Positions 46,081-59,266 of a stretch of DNA of 64,000 nt are shown here, piece by piece; the first letter of the stretch is position 1; each line of letters begins with the position of its first letter. Source of the stretch: Hemiscyllium ocellatum (Eukaryota); contig NC_083409.1 of NCBI RefSeq assembly GCF_020745735.1, positions 13,391,259 to 13,455,258 of the forward strand, given 5' to 3'. A program made the position numbers and the translations under genes. Under the pieces are notes generated by a model. The model worked only from the letters and a program-made list of their open reading frames with translations. It had not been told where the DNA came from and did no database searches.

Positions 46081-48689
46081 TGCATTAGTGGGGAATACAC
46101 AGTGTACATTGTGTCCAGGAGCATCTTGAAAAGATGTCTTTCTCTGTTTCCATTTTCAGCTCCAGGGCTGTCATGAAGGAGCTGAAAGAATCTTTGGTGA
46201 TGAAGTTTCTGAACGGTGAGGGCTGTGTGAAGGGTTTCAGCAGTGACTGATGATTGCAGCTCCTTGTTCAGTCTGCTCCTCCCCGCCACTGATCAAGCCA
46301 TGTAACCTCCTGTCACACTGAGTGACATTGCAATCCATATCATAGTGTCAGTGCCAGCAAACAGCAGCATCACAGTCTGACCCACTGGGACAGGCATCAC
46401 TGCCTGACATCAAAGAACGGAGCCTGAACCCCCTCCCCCCATGCTCATAAACCCTACAGCATCGAAAATATACTGACACGCAGCCGCTTCTATTAAACAC
46501 TGACCACCAGAGAACCCCTTCAGAGGTAGAAGTCAGCATCGAGACTGAGAAAGAGGGAGAGATGGGGTGATGCGAAGACAAAGAGACGGAAAGGGGGAGA
46601 GAGAGAGAAAAAAAAGAGAGAGAGAAAGAGAGAGACGGAGAGGGAGCCAATTATTGGGAGCCAGCTGTTGTCCATGTCTGAGGGAAGGAGTCTTATTCCA
46701 ATTATGTCAGACCTTGGTGAGGCCGCACCTGCAGCACTGGGTCCAGTTTTGATTTCCTTCCCGATGGAAGGATAGACTCACCCAGACTCTACCTGGAAGG
46801 AGTGCAGCAAAGATTCGTGAAGCTGATTCCTGGCATAAGGGGATACTCTGATGAGGCCAAATGGAGTCTATTTGACATTACTCCCTGGGGTTTAGTGGAG
46901 CAGGTTGGAGGGACTGAATGGCCTCCTGCTGACCCGATTCCTTCTGTTCTGTTGATGGTGTCAGTGTGTGCTGATGAGAAATGGAGTTCCTCTCTGAAAC
47001 TGCTCCTGATTTAATGATGGAGCTGGAAGCCAGGAGAAGCTGCAGAAGCTTCAATTTCTAACCAGAAACTGACCACTCGACCTCTTGGACACCATGAGCT
47101 GGTTTACTGTGCCCAGCACTGACATCCCCCTCCCTCCCTCCCTGACAAGGGTCTGTCTGATTGGATTCTCATTGTTATATTTTCCCAGTTCTGGAAGAGA
47201 CTCCATCCTCTGATCCAGCATCGCCGCACATTCCCAAACCTGAGATCCAGATCCGGAGTGGACCTGTTCCTCTCAAATATCAATTCCAATGATGACATTC
47301 CACTGGGTTCCTTGCTGCAGGGAAAGGATCAGCCAGGGCCATATTCTTCAGCCATGGAGAATAATGATGGGATATTTGGAGTGTGAGTTTGATGATGTAA
47401 ATGTGAACCATTGCAGCAAAGACATTACAGATGGTTTGTACAGACAGCAAAAACCCAAACCAGAGCATTGTTACAAATGACTTTTTCCCAGTGAATGGGG
47501 TCCATCCTGCTGAGTATTCGATAAAGCTGGGCTTTGGAGAAATATTGGGCAGATGGAGTGTAATGTGGGGGATATGAATCACAAAGTTAGAACGCAGCTA
47601 CCGCAAGTGAATCCGGAGGCAGATGGAGTGTTGTTGCTCCTTATAAAGGGAATGCAATCTAAAAGCAGGGACATTTTACTGCAGCTGTTAGGGTTAGGGG
47701 TTTGGTGAGAGCACATCTGGAATATGGTGTCTAGTATCAGGCTCCTTATTGAAGAAAGGACAGGAGCTGCATTGGATGTAGTTCAGAGATGATTCCCTTG
47801 ACTGATTCCTGGTATGGAGCGATTGTCTTATGAGCAAAGGTCAAACAGGTTAGGAATCTGATCCCTGGAATTTAGAAGAATAAGAGGGAATCTTATTGAA
47901 ATGTATCAAATCCTTAAGGGGCTTGACAGGGGAAATGCTGGATGTTTCCCTTCATGGGAGAGTAAGGGCGACACAGAAAACCACTGGGTAACCACTAGGA
48001 CAGGATCAGGAACACATGAAGACCAGAAAGCTGAACTGTATCTATTTTAATGTAAGGAGCTTGACTCGTAAGATGGTTGAACTGAAAGCATTGACCAGCA
48101 CGTGGGAATGTCTGCAATTGTTGCAATTGCTGAGACATGATTGAAGAAAGATAGGACTGGCAGCTCAACATTCCAGGGTAGAGAAGTCTCAGGTGGGATA
48201 GAGGGAATGCAAGAGTGGTGTGTGTATTGCATTATTGATAAAGGAGACCATCACTGCAAGATTGAAGGAGCATTTCTTGGAAGGCTCTTCAAATGAGGCC
48301 ATCTGGGTAAAGGTAGAAATAACAAAAGGACAATCACTTTGCTGAGATTATACTACAGGCCTCCCAATTGTCAGATGGAGAGAAAGGAGCAGATATGTTG
48401 GTAAATCACAGAGAGGTGTGAGAGGAATAGGGTTATATTAGTGGGGAATTTCAACTTCTCTAGCATGAACTGGGATTGCCTTTGTGTGAATGGTAGAAAT
48501 TTTAAAGCCCACAGGAGAGCTTTTGGTGCCAGTACATCGGTAGTCCCTCTAAACATGGGCAGTGCTGGACTCAATCCTTGGTAATGAAGCCAGTCAAATG
48601 GTTGAAGAGTCAGTGGGTGAGCATTTTGGAGATAGTGAACATACGTCCGTAAGATTCATAGTTATTATGGAAAGGAGGAAGGGTCATCC

Positions 48690-49050
48690 CCATCTCCATT
48701 ATACTCACTACTTGACAAATCTGTACATGACACGATGGTTCCTCAAATACTGGGAGAGGAATTAAGGATACTTGTTTTGTATTGAGGTTTACCTACAACT
48801 TGACAAGTAGGACAGGTTTTATAAAACTGCACCACATCTTTATCCAATTGTAGCTCAGTAAAATGCCTGTTTCTGGATGCCAATGTTTTCCAAATCCCCA
48901 TGTGATCTGCCATGGGAGTCTCATGTGCTCCTTGAACTAGTTCCCTCTGATAGCTGGGTGGGACCACTAGCCAATGTCTAACCAACCATTCTTCATCTAG
49001 GGGTCCATGAGGCGGTCTCCACTTCCTCATCAGCACTCTGTTCTGAAGCT
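48690..49050 (-). mobile_element. Ty3/gypsy integrase fragment, paralog of 26.99-27.13 + 29.23-29.47 kb
   Basis: MRKWRPPHGPLDEEWLVRHWLVVPPSYQRELVQGAHETPMADHMGIWKT...FYKTCPTCQVVGKP with HHCC residues. Confidence 0.85.
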
Positions 49051-49199
49051 AACCATGGTGGCACGGGGGCTCAGTGGTTAGCACTGCTACCTCACCGTCT
49101 CAAACTCAGTAGATGTTTGTCCAGGCTGTTTCTGTAAGTTCTGAAACATCTGTCTGTATGTTTCTGGGACTGACACAATAAAAAAAAAACCAACAGAAA

Positions 49200-49570
49200 C
49201 AGGCCAACATAACAAAGGGCTTCCATGTTGGAGAATCAGTTGATTGAACCAAGTCAGAGTAATTGGAGATCTCCTGTAACATTGGTTCCTGAACCAAACT
49301 GTTCAATTTGATTCTGTGTAGACTCTAAGAAAGTGAATATAGTCCCAAAGCCAGATTCATTCCCTATTCACAGACGAGAAGATTGCATAGATAAGATTGG
49401 AAGTGTATTATTCTTTCCTAAAATTGATTTGTGAAACGGGTGTTGATAAGACCTCATTGATAACTAGAACTATGTGAGTTTCTGCCTCTCTTACACCTTC
49501 AGGATTATACCCAATTGCCATTTGAACTTAAGTGTGCGCCAGTCACATTTGAATGATTTTCGTGAAAGTG
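49200..49570 (+). mobile_element. Ty3/gypsy RT fragment
   Basis: MLENQLIEPSQSNWRSPVTLVPEPN...FCVDSKKVN...DSFPIHRREDCIDKIG. Confidence 0.8.
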
Positions 49571-49924
49571 AACAAGGTCACACTTCCCCACATTACACTT
49601 CAAAGCCCAGCTGTATCTAATATTCAGCAGGATGGACCTTCACTGGGAAACAGCCATTTGTAATGAGAATAATGACACATCTCTGAGAATCACATTAATA
49701 ATTGTTTTTATTGAAGCTTTCATTAGTTCTGTGTTGATTGACACAATGCTCTGGTTTGGGCTTTGCTGTCTGTACAAACCATCTGTAATGTCTTTGCTGC
49801 AATGGTTCACATTTACATCATCAAGCTTACACGCCAAATATCCCATCATTGTTCTCTGTGGGATTCACTGGCATTGGCTCAGATTGGGCACCCAGCAGCT
49901 CTGAATGAGGGAGGGATGGAGCTC

Positions 49925-49955
<31 letters not shown>

Positions 49956-50109
49956 TGGGAGCTTTGAGAGAGAGGGAGATGGAGCTTGTAGAGAGAAAAG
50001 AGGGATTAAAATCAGAGTAAGATCCATGCAGCTGAGGTAGAGAGGGAGGAGGAGGATACAGCGAGAGAGAGAGAGATGGAGTTCAAGGAGTTGTATATCA
50101 AAGATAAAT

Positions 50110-53100
50110 TATACTCTGTTAAAGACTGCCCTGGTTGAATGCTGTATGACTCTCTGACTCTGTCGACACTGTCTACAATGCTGCCAAACTTTGTGTTATA
50201 AGCAAACTGAAATATCTGACTTTCTGTGCCATTATCCAAGTCATTGATAAATAATGTAACTAACTGAGTTGTGAGCACACATTCCTATTGGACACGTCAC
50301 ATCCTGCCGATTTCAGCACTTACCCATTATCCCTATTTTCGGTCACCTGTCACTCAACCAGCATTCCAATGTGCCAGTATTTTAGCCTCAATTCTGTGGA
50401 CATTTATCGAAGTTGACGTTTTCTTACATAGGACACTATCAAATGTCTTCTGGAAGTCCCAATAAACAACATCCATTGACATTACTGTGTCCAATACGTT
50501 AGTCTCCTCTTCAAAAAAGTTCAATGAGGTTTTTCACCATGACCACCTTGTCATGAATCCATGCTGACTCTCCCTGAATAACTGACCATTTTCAAAGTCT
50601 TCAGTTACCCCCATCCTTGATTATAGACTTCAACAATTTCCACATTACAAACGCTGGCTGAGTGACCTGTAATTCCCTGGATTTTCTCTCAAATCCTTGT
50701 TAAACGTGAAGTGACGTTTGCAAATTTCCAAGCCAAAGGTACGACTCCTGTATCCAGGGAACTCTGAAAGATTATAGTCAGAGTGTCTACAATGTGGTCT
50801 GTTGCTACCTTTATCACCCTCAGATGGAGAATATCAGATCCTGAGGGATTGTCACTCTTCATTTTCATTATTTTCCTCATTACAGATGTTTTTCTGGCAT
50901 TAATTTTATTCAGTCCCTGTCCCTAATCCCCGTTAATTCTTTTGGGACTTCAGGCAAGTCCTCCTCCTTTTCTACTGCAAATCTTGAGGTAAAGTATTTA
51001 TTTAACATGGCTGTCATTTCCCCATTGTCACTGACAATATCCCCCACTTTCAGTCTTTAATACCAACATTGCTCCTGACCTCCCAGATTCCCTTTTATGG
51101 AACTGAAACATTTCTCCTTATTGATTTTGATATCCCTTACGTGTTTCCTTTCAGAATCCCTTTTGGTAGCTCTTCGAAGCTGCTTTGTGGCCCTTTGTAT
51201 CTTTCCCATTCAGCAGATGATGTCATTTTACTTGCTTTTTTGTAAGCCCTTGTTTTAGTTTTATTCTTTCCCTAATCTCCTTTATTGTCCATTGCTGTTT
51301 GTTCGAAGAAGTGGAGCTTTCCCGTCTCAGGTATAAACTGGTTTTGTTTTATGTTGAATGTTTCTTTAAACATCCCCCACTGTTCTTCAGTTGTTTTACC
51401 CATGAGCAGATTTTCCCAGTTTACTGTGGACAGTCTCTGTCGCATCTCGTTAAAGTCGGCCCTTACCTTAATCTCAAACTCTAGCAGCTGATTCATGCTG
51501 TTTACTTTCAAATGTGACACTGAACTCGATCATGTTATGATCACTATTTGATAAATGTTCATGTACAAGTAGTTACCAACTAAATCTGGTTCATTATTCA
51601 TTACTAATTCCAATATTGTTTGTCCCCTTGTTGTATCCAGGACCTATTGCTTTTGGTAACTATTCCGGATACCCTCCAGAAATTCACTACCTTTCTGACA
51701 GAGGGCTTGTCTCTCTCCTAATCTAAGTTAAAATTAAACTTCCCCATTAATAATACACTGGCTTTGCTGCACACTTGCCTAATTCCTACATTTATACAAT
51801 CCAGCACCTCAGAGCTGCTGCCAGGGGGGGTCTGTATCCAACATCTATTACAGTTTTAGATCCTTTCCTGCTTCTCAGTTCCACTGAATGCTTTCCCCTC
51901 ATTTTAACCTCCCTCACCATTGAAGTAATTTTGTTTCTAATGAATAAAGCTGCTCCACCTCTTCTGTCATTTCCCCAAGTCCATCCTGTGAACCTTCTAA
52001 CCCGATATATTTAGTTCCCAATCTTAACTATTCTGCAAATATGTCTCAGTAATTGATCCTACAGCATAATCTTAAATTTGAATTTGTGCCCGCAGATTAT
52101 TGTATTTATTCCTTACGCTCCGTGCATTCATATATAGAACTCTCATTTGGTCCATTCACTGGAATCTGTTCCTCAGCACTGATACTGTATTCATCTCTTT
52201 CTTATTTCTCTCTATCTGTTTAATCAATATCCTTCTGATAGCTTTCCTGATATTGCCCAAATAGGACCTTTAGCCGATGTTGCCAATGTTGTTGGTCTCA
52301 ACACGACAACAACTGGATCCTCCTCCCCGCCCCCACTCCAATATCCTTTCAAGCTGGTTCGAGATGCCCCTTACCTGAGCACCAGGCAGGCAACACACCA
52401 TGTGGGACTCTCAATCCTGCTCACAAAGGATGCTATCAGTCCCCCTCATTATCAAATCCTCCTCTTTCCTTTGTGCTCCCCCAGTCTGAATGGCCTCCTG
52501 GACCATGATGCATGTTTTCATTCATTCATTCATAGGATATGGGCATCTCTGACCAAGCCAATATTTACTGCCCATAGGGCAGTTAACAGACAACCACATG
52601 GAATCGTACAATCATAGGGGAAATGAGGAAACTGGTGAAGTCGCGTCTCTTTCAGTACATGGTTGAAGAGCTCATTTCCCTCCCTCCACCTTACCCCAGT
52701 TCCAACCTTCCAGATCAGCATTGTCCTCATGACTTGTCCTACCTGCCAATCTCCCTTCCCACCTATCTGCTGCACCCTCCCCTCTGACCTATCACCTCCA
52801 TCCCCACCCCATTCACCTATTGTACTTTTTGCTACCTTCTCCCTAAACACGCCCCTCCCCACCCACCACCTCCATTTATCTCTCCACACTGGAGAGTCCC
52901 TGCCTCTATTCCTGATGAAGGGCTTTTGCTCAAAATGTCAATTTTCTTGCCCTCAGATGCTGCGTGACCTGCAATGCTTTTCCAATACCACTCTGATTTA
53001 AACTCTGGTTTCCAGCATCTGCAGTCCTCACTTTTGCCTAGTTGAAATCGGATATCCCCCAGTTTACACGTTTAATTTTTGCTTCATCTTTATCTCTTTA

Positions 53101-53540
53101 CATGATGACTTTGAAACTTACAGAGTTATGGTCATTATCACCAAAATGCTTACACTAGGTTTGCCCATTCTCCAAACAAACATTTCCCTCACTGACACAG
53201 GGAGCATGTACCTCATTCCTGTTGGAGAATGAGCTGAGACTCCTGCAATACTACATTCAGGCTGCATCGACCTGCTCACTTATCGTCACACCCTCCTGTC
53301 CCTAACCACTGACTATAATTTGAAGTATTTAACCTACAAGGTATGACTGCCTCCCCAAACACAGTGTCCAGGTAACTCGCCTCCTCCCCTATGTGTCGCA
53401 GTGTTTGAAGCTCAGATTCCAGCTCATCAACTCTGAGCTGGAGTGCCTTGAGCAACCAACACTTGCTGTAGATGTGGTCACTCTGAGCTACAATGGGCTC
53501 CACCAGCTTCCCCATCGTACAATTACTACACATCGCCCGG
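50110..53540 (-). mobile_element. Long decayed CR1-type LINE (ORF1 zinc-finger/zipper to ORF2), interrupted by a Penelope-like remnant (about 52640-53040)
   Basis: MCSNC...KCWLLKALQLRVDELESEL (53533-53276), endonuclease and RT remnants at 50.1-52.2 kb; PLE terminal motif cctgatgaagggcttttgc at 52911. Confidence 0.8.
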
Positions 53541-53849
53541 CCCTGTATGTGGGAATTATTTGAGGAGTTTTTAATGTTTTTTAAAAAATTGCTGTTAGTC
53601 TTTAATTTTTAATCTGTAAAATATTCCCATCAATGAGACAGAGAAGGCTCCAGCTCAGAAGGAGGCTCTTCAGCCACTCATGTCAGTGCTAGCGGTTTAG
53701 TAACCTCATTCACAATGAACATCTCCGTTGAATGTTTGTTGTCAGGAAGTGATTGAGTCTGGTTTTAGAGACAGAATAACGGACAAATATGAACTGGTCT
53801 GAGAGAATCAGCATGGATTTACAAAGGTTCAGACATTGAAGGTTCAATA

Positions 53850-54130
53850 TAGTGGCTCAGTGGTTAGCACTGCTGCCTCACAGCACCAGGGGCCCAGGTT
53901 CAATTCCAGCCTCGGATGTGTGTAGAGCTTATACATTCTCCCTGTGTCTGCGTGGGTTTCCTCCCACAGTGTAAAAATGTGCAGGTCAGGTGAATTGGCC
54001 ATTCTAAATTGCCCACCGTGTTAGGTGCATTAGTTCCGAGGGAAATGGGTCTGGGTGGGTTTCTCTTCGGAGGGTCAGCGTGGACTTGTTGGTCCACAGG
54101 GTCTGTTTCCACACTGTAGGGAATCTGATC
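53850..54130 (+). mobile_element. tRNA-derived SINE (HE1-like)
   Basis: gtggctcagtggttagcactgctgcctcacagc head; B-box-like ggttcaattcc. Confidence 0.8.
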
Positions 54131-55069
54131 GAATCTTTAACTAACGAGGTTACACATTGTTAGGAGGTCCCTAATGTGGGATTTAAGGGAATGTCGATGG
54201 CTATTGACCATAGGGAATTCCAGAAGACATTTAAGAACATTCCACAAAAGAAACATGGAATCAGATCTTGCGCTCCACAATTACTTGATGAAGGAGCACC
54301 GCTCAGAAAGCTGGTGTTTCCAAATAAACCTGTTGGACTACAATCTGGTGTTCTGTGATTTTTAACTTTGTACACGACAGTCCAACACTGGCACCTCCAA
54401 ATCATGGAATCGGTTGGAATTTGAGAAATGTATTTACCTTGTGTCAGAAATGGGTCCGTCTAGGAGACAGAGAGGAAGGATAATGTGTATGTGTTCCAAT
54501 GAGCCAGATGTGAGTAGTGGTGTTGCCAGGGATCTGTGCTGGGATCTCATCTTTTCACGATATTTCTCAATGACTTGGATGAAGAAACAGAGAGCCATAT
54601 ATCCAAGATTGCTAACCACACTGAGGTGGCTTGGAGGAGGTCACAGAGATAGGGAGGATGGAAGGACAGGGAGCGGTTTAAGAACAAGGATGAGAATTTG
54701 AAAATCAAGGTGTTGCTGGACCAGGAGCTGATGTCGGTCAGTGAGGATTGTGGTGGTCATGGTGGGACGGAAGATAGGGACGGGGGTGTGGGGTGGACTT
54801 GGTGTGAGTTGGAACAACGATAGCAGAGTTTGGGATGAGCTGATATTTACGGAAGGCAGTGGCTGTGACGTGGGCCTGGATAACATTGGAATTGTCACAT
54901 TTGGAGTCTCAAAAACATGGTTGAGATTTTCAGTGGCTGATAATTGTGATGTGGAGGACTTGGGCCTCAAATCAGCCTCAAAGATGAGGCCAAAGTTATA
55001 AAGAGCCTGGTTGAGCAGCAGACAGTGCTCAGGGAGAGGGATGGAGCTTGTACCAGGAGCTGAAGAGGA

Positions 55070-55350
55070 TGGCTTTGATCTTCCTAATGTGTTTCCCAGT
55101 GAGCCTGGCTCCTCAGTCCTGACTGCTCTTAGCTGCTGTGATTGTCACTGATCGGACACAAATTATTAGAGATTCTGACCACAGCAGAAAGCCCCAGTGT
55201 AAAAAATAACTGCAAAGACTGTCAGATCGCAAGGTTGAAACTTCACCAAGAGAGGAAGTGAAAGAAGGAGCTCGGAGCAGCTGGGTATTTGTTACTGAGA
55301 TGGGAGAAAACTGTGAACCATCTGCTCTCCCTGGAATCTGACAGCACAGG
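55070..55350 (+). promoter_or_regulatory. Conserved non-coding block with EICE (copy 3, inverted)
   Basis: GGAAGTGAAA at 55254-55263; inverted repeat of 19.71-19.99 kb. Confidence 0.5.
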
Positions 55351-55859
55351 AGGCGGCCATTCAGCCCATCATGCCTTGGAATTACTCAATTAGCCCCATT
55401 GCTCTCTCCCCATAACTCAGCAAATCTTTCCTTTACAGCTCAATCTCCAATTCCCTCTTATGGACCTCATGTCCACAGAGTGATACTGCTCTGAAGCTGG
55501 GCTTCAAATTGGCATCTCATACATTCATTGGGAGACAAACTGCCTGGGCTGGGAAATGGAGCTCAGGATCTTGAACATTCCCTCTCCCCTCCTGAGGAAC
55601 ACTTCATTTGGTTTTAAGTATTCACTCATGGGAAGTGTTCCCATGTATCTGCTGCTCTTGTTCTAAATGGACGTGGACGTGGGTTTAGGAGGGAAGCATA
55701 AGGACTGTAAATCTGAGACAAAAATAGAAATTGCTGGAAAAGCTCAGCAGGTCTGGCAGCATCTGTGAAGAGAAATCAATGTTAACATTTTGTGCTCTGA
55801 TTTCTCTCCACAGATGCTGCCAGATCTGCTGAGCTTTTTGTGCAATTTCTATTTTCCCA

Positions 55860-57520
55860 TATGGGTTTGGAAGGTGCTATCTGAGGATCTTTGGTGAGTT
55901 TCTGCTGAGCATCTGATCAATAATACACACTGCTGCTATGGAGCACTGGTGGGAGTGGATGCTTTGTGGATGTGATGCCAATCAAGGAGGCTGCTTGGCT
56001 CTGGATGGTATCAAGCTTTCTGAGTGGATAAGAATGACATAGGATATGATAGACATAGACAGGAATGGATTAGGGGGATATGGGCCAAATGCAGGCAAAT
56101 GAGACTCGTTCACTTCAGAAAACCTGGTCAGAATATAGAAGTTTGGCTTAAGGGTTTGTTTCTGTGCTGCATGATGCTGTGACACCATTATTCTATGAAT
56201 GTTGTTGGAGCTGTACCTATCCAGGCAGGTGGGGAGTATTCGATCACACTCCTGACTTGGTTGACAGGCTTTGGAGGAATCAGGAGGTGAGTTACTCGAT
56301 ACAGTATTCCTCGCCTCTAACCTGCTCATGTAATCACTGTGTTTCTGGGGTGAGTCCAGTTGAGTTTCTGGTCAATAGTACCTCAGAATGTTGATAGTGG
56401 GGATTCAGTGATGGTAATAGCATTGACTGTCAAGGGACGATGGCTAGATTGTCTATTATTGGTGATGGTCATTGGCTGGTATTTGCAAGGCACCAATCGA
56501 AAATATTGCTTCTCAGATGAAATTGGATATTGTGCAGATATTGCTGCAATCGAACATGGACTGTTCAGTATATGAGATGTTGAGATTGTGCACTCATTGG
56601 CAATGCTCCCTATTCATGATCATTGCCTTGAGTTGCAATATCTGTTTGGAGTCTGTCCTATTTAGCACGGTGATAGTACCACACAACACAATGGAGGGTA
56701 TTCTCAATGTGAAGGTCAAACTTTGTTTCTACAAGGACTGTGTTATGGTCACTCTTACCAATACTGTCAAGGACAGATGCATCTACAGCCACAAGATTGG
56801 TGAGGATGGGGGTCAAGTACGTTTTTCCATCTGTTTGGTTCCTTCACCACCAGCTGCAGAGCCAGTCCCTCAGCTACACCCATTAGGAACCAACCAACTC
56901 GATCAGTAATGCTGCTGCCAAGCCACTCTCAGTGGTGGACATTGAAACCGCCCCCACCACCCAAAGTACATTCTGTGCTGTCATCACCCTCAGTGCTTCC
57001 TCCAAATGTTGTTCAACATGGAGGAGAGACTGATTCATCAGCCGAGGGAGCAAGATATCTTGTAATCACCAGGAGGTTTCCTCGCCCATGTTTAGGCTGG
57101 AGTCATGAGACTTCATGGGGTCTGGAATCAACTTTGAGGCCTCTCACTGTAACTCCCTCCTGGCTGTAGACCACTGTGTCATTAGCTCTGCTGGGTTTGC
57201 CTTTCTGTGGGACAGGATACATGCAGGGACAGTAATGGTGGTGTCTGGGACATTGTCTGTAAGGTATGGTTCTGTGAGTATGGCTGTGTCAAGCTGTTGC
57301 TTGACTAGTCTGTGAGACAGCTCTCCTGAATTTGGCACTTCCTCCCAGATGTCAGTAAGGAGGATGGAGCAGGTATGTCAATACCTTTACTGTCTCTGCA
57401 TCGATGCCTGTGGTCCGTCCGGTTTCATTTCTTTGTTGAGAGGTCGTCACAATTGATACAATTGAGAGCCTTGCTGGGCCATTTCACAGGGCAATAGAGA
57501 GTCAACCACATTGCTGGGGG
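55860..57520 (-). mobile_element. Second LINE family fragments (same family as 27141-29220 and about 37600-38390)
   Basis: Shared sequence with 27.4-27.8 kb (ggaaggtgctgtct..ggatctttggtg) and 37.85-38.3 kb. Confidence 0.7.
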
Positions 57521-58179
57521 ACAGTGCCAAGGATCCCAACATCACATTCTGACCTCCCCGACTTTCCCATTCTGTATGTGGAAGGCTGAAGCCTGCCAGC
57601 AGGATATTCAACTACAGGAGCTTTCACAGCCTCTGGACAATTCTGTCCCCACATTAATTCAACACAAATGTTGAATTCACATCGCACCTTCAATATCCAA
57701 AACATTCCAAGATGGTTCACAAAGTTGCAGTAAGAGGGATGGGGGAGAGGGTGGAGGAACATAAGAACTAGGAGCAGGAGCAGGCAATTCAGCCCCTCAA
57801 GCCCACTCCACCATTTAATACAATCATGGCTGATCCCATCTCAGACTCAACTCCACTTTCCTGCTCACTCTCCATCATCCTTTAACCCATTACTCATTAA
57901 ATATCTGTTCATCTCCTCCTTGGTGTGAGACAGGGAAGGGACCACTCCATTTCAGACAGTTGGGCTTTATGGAGCGGGTGGAAGGAAGGTGGGAGAGGAC
58001 ATCAGGATTATGGAGTTAGGAGGTGGGATGAACAGGAATAATGAACAGGAATGTGTACAGGAAGGATGGAGAAAGAAGAAAGAATAGATAAGAAACAAGG
58101 GGCTGACGTAGTGCAGAGAGACAATGTTGTGGAGATAGAAAAGAGGCCCACGTGATGGAGAGGATGTGCGGTTTGAAGC

Positions 58180-58560
58180 TCAGATACTGAAGGGTGCAGT
58201 GGCATGGAAGCCCATGTTGACTGGTCTCTATTGGAGGATCAGTGGGAACAGGATGCATGCCTACTGGTCTCTATTGTAAAGTTCAGGGGAAAGAAGGCCC
58301 TAGTTTACTGGCCTCAACTGAAGTATCTTGTGAGATGGTGACCCATGTTTACTGGAGTCTATTGGAGCATCCAGTGGGCTGTGGGCCTGTGATTACTGGT
58401 GTCTATTGAAAGGCCCAGTGTAATGGAGGTCCATGTTTACTGATATGTATTGGATGATCCAATGGTATGGAGATCCATATATACTGGTCTCTGCTGGACA
58501 TCCATTGGGAAGGAGGCCTATGTTTACTGGTCTCCATTGGAGAGTCCCAGTGGGTCATGG
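58180..58560. repeat. Degenerate 43-44 bp minisatellite (copy 3); also at 17270-17600 + 18630-18750 and 35030-35225 + 36470-36580
   Basis: Unit approximately gagaccagtaaacatgggcctccttcccactggatgctccaata, repeated imperfectly. Confidence 0.7.
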
Positions 58561-58962
58561 ATATCATGGTGGGTGTGGGGTTCAGTTCCTTTCTGGTGTA
58601 ATTGTGTGATGGCCCTGACCTCATCCCAGTAAAACACCTTGACTCAGAGCCTGACTGTGGAAGGGGAAGGAGAGGGGAAGGGATTGGAACATGTTGTGAA
58701 TGGACAGGATGGGTCAGTGGGTCAGAGCCTGTCCTGTCCCCCTAGCTCACACTGATGGCCTGAGGATCTCCTCTCTCTGCTGGGATTTCATGGAATGAGT
58801 GTCCAAACCAGTCCCCAGTGAGAATAGGCCAACAGCACAGAACTGTCTTCGTTTAACAAGAATCTGTCCATCATCTTGAGACAGGCTAATGCCTGGTCAA
58901 TGTGGGAAATGGGGCCTTACTTCAGGAGAAGACATGCTTCTGAGGTTAAGAGTTAATATCCA

Positions 58963-59266
58963 CTGTTGTGGTTCTGTTCGCCGACCTGGGAATTTGTGTT
59001 GCAGACGTTTCGTCCCCTGTCTAAGTGACACCCTCAGTGCTTGGGAGCCTCCTGTGAAGCGCTTCTGTGATCTTTCCTCCGGCATTTATAGTGATTTGTC
59101 TCTGCTGCTTCCAGTTGTCAGTTCCAGCTGTCCACTGCAGTGGCTGGTATATTGGGTCCAGGTCGATGTGCTTATTGATTGAATCTGTGGATGAGTGCCA
59201 TGCCTCTAGGAATTCCTGGCTGTTCTCTGTTTGGCTTGTCCTATAATAGTAGTGCTGTCCCAGTCA
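58963..59266 (-). mobile_element. Penelope-like element 3' end with hammerhead motif, flanked by an 8-bp TSD
   Basis: DWDSTTIIGQAKQRTAR...LEAWHSSTDSINKHIDLDPIYQP resembles the C-terminus of Penelope ORFs; AATATCCA 58955-58962 / AACATCCA 59267-59274; absent from module copies 1 and 2. Confidence 0.75.

Noticed and set aside
58180-58560. Minisatellite arrays as CRISPR-like repeat-spacer structures
   Set aside because: Eukaryotic context, degenerate contiguous units, no unique spacers and no cas genes.
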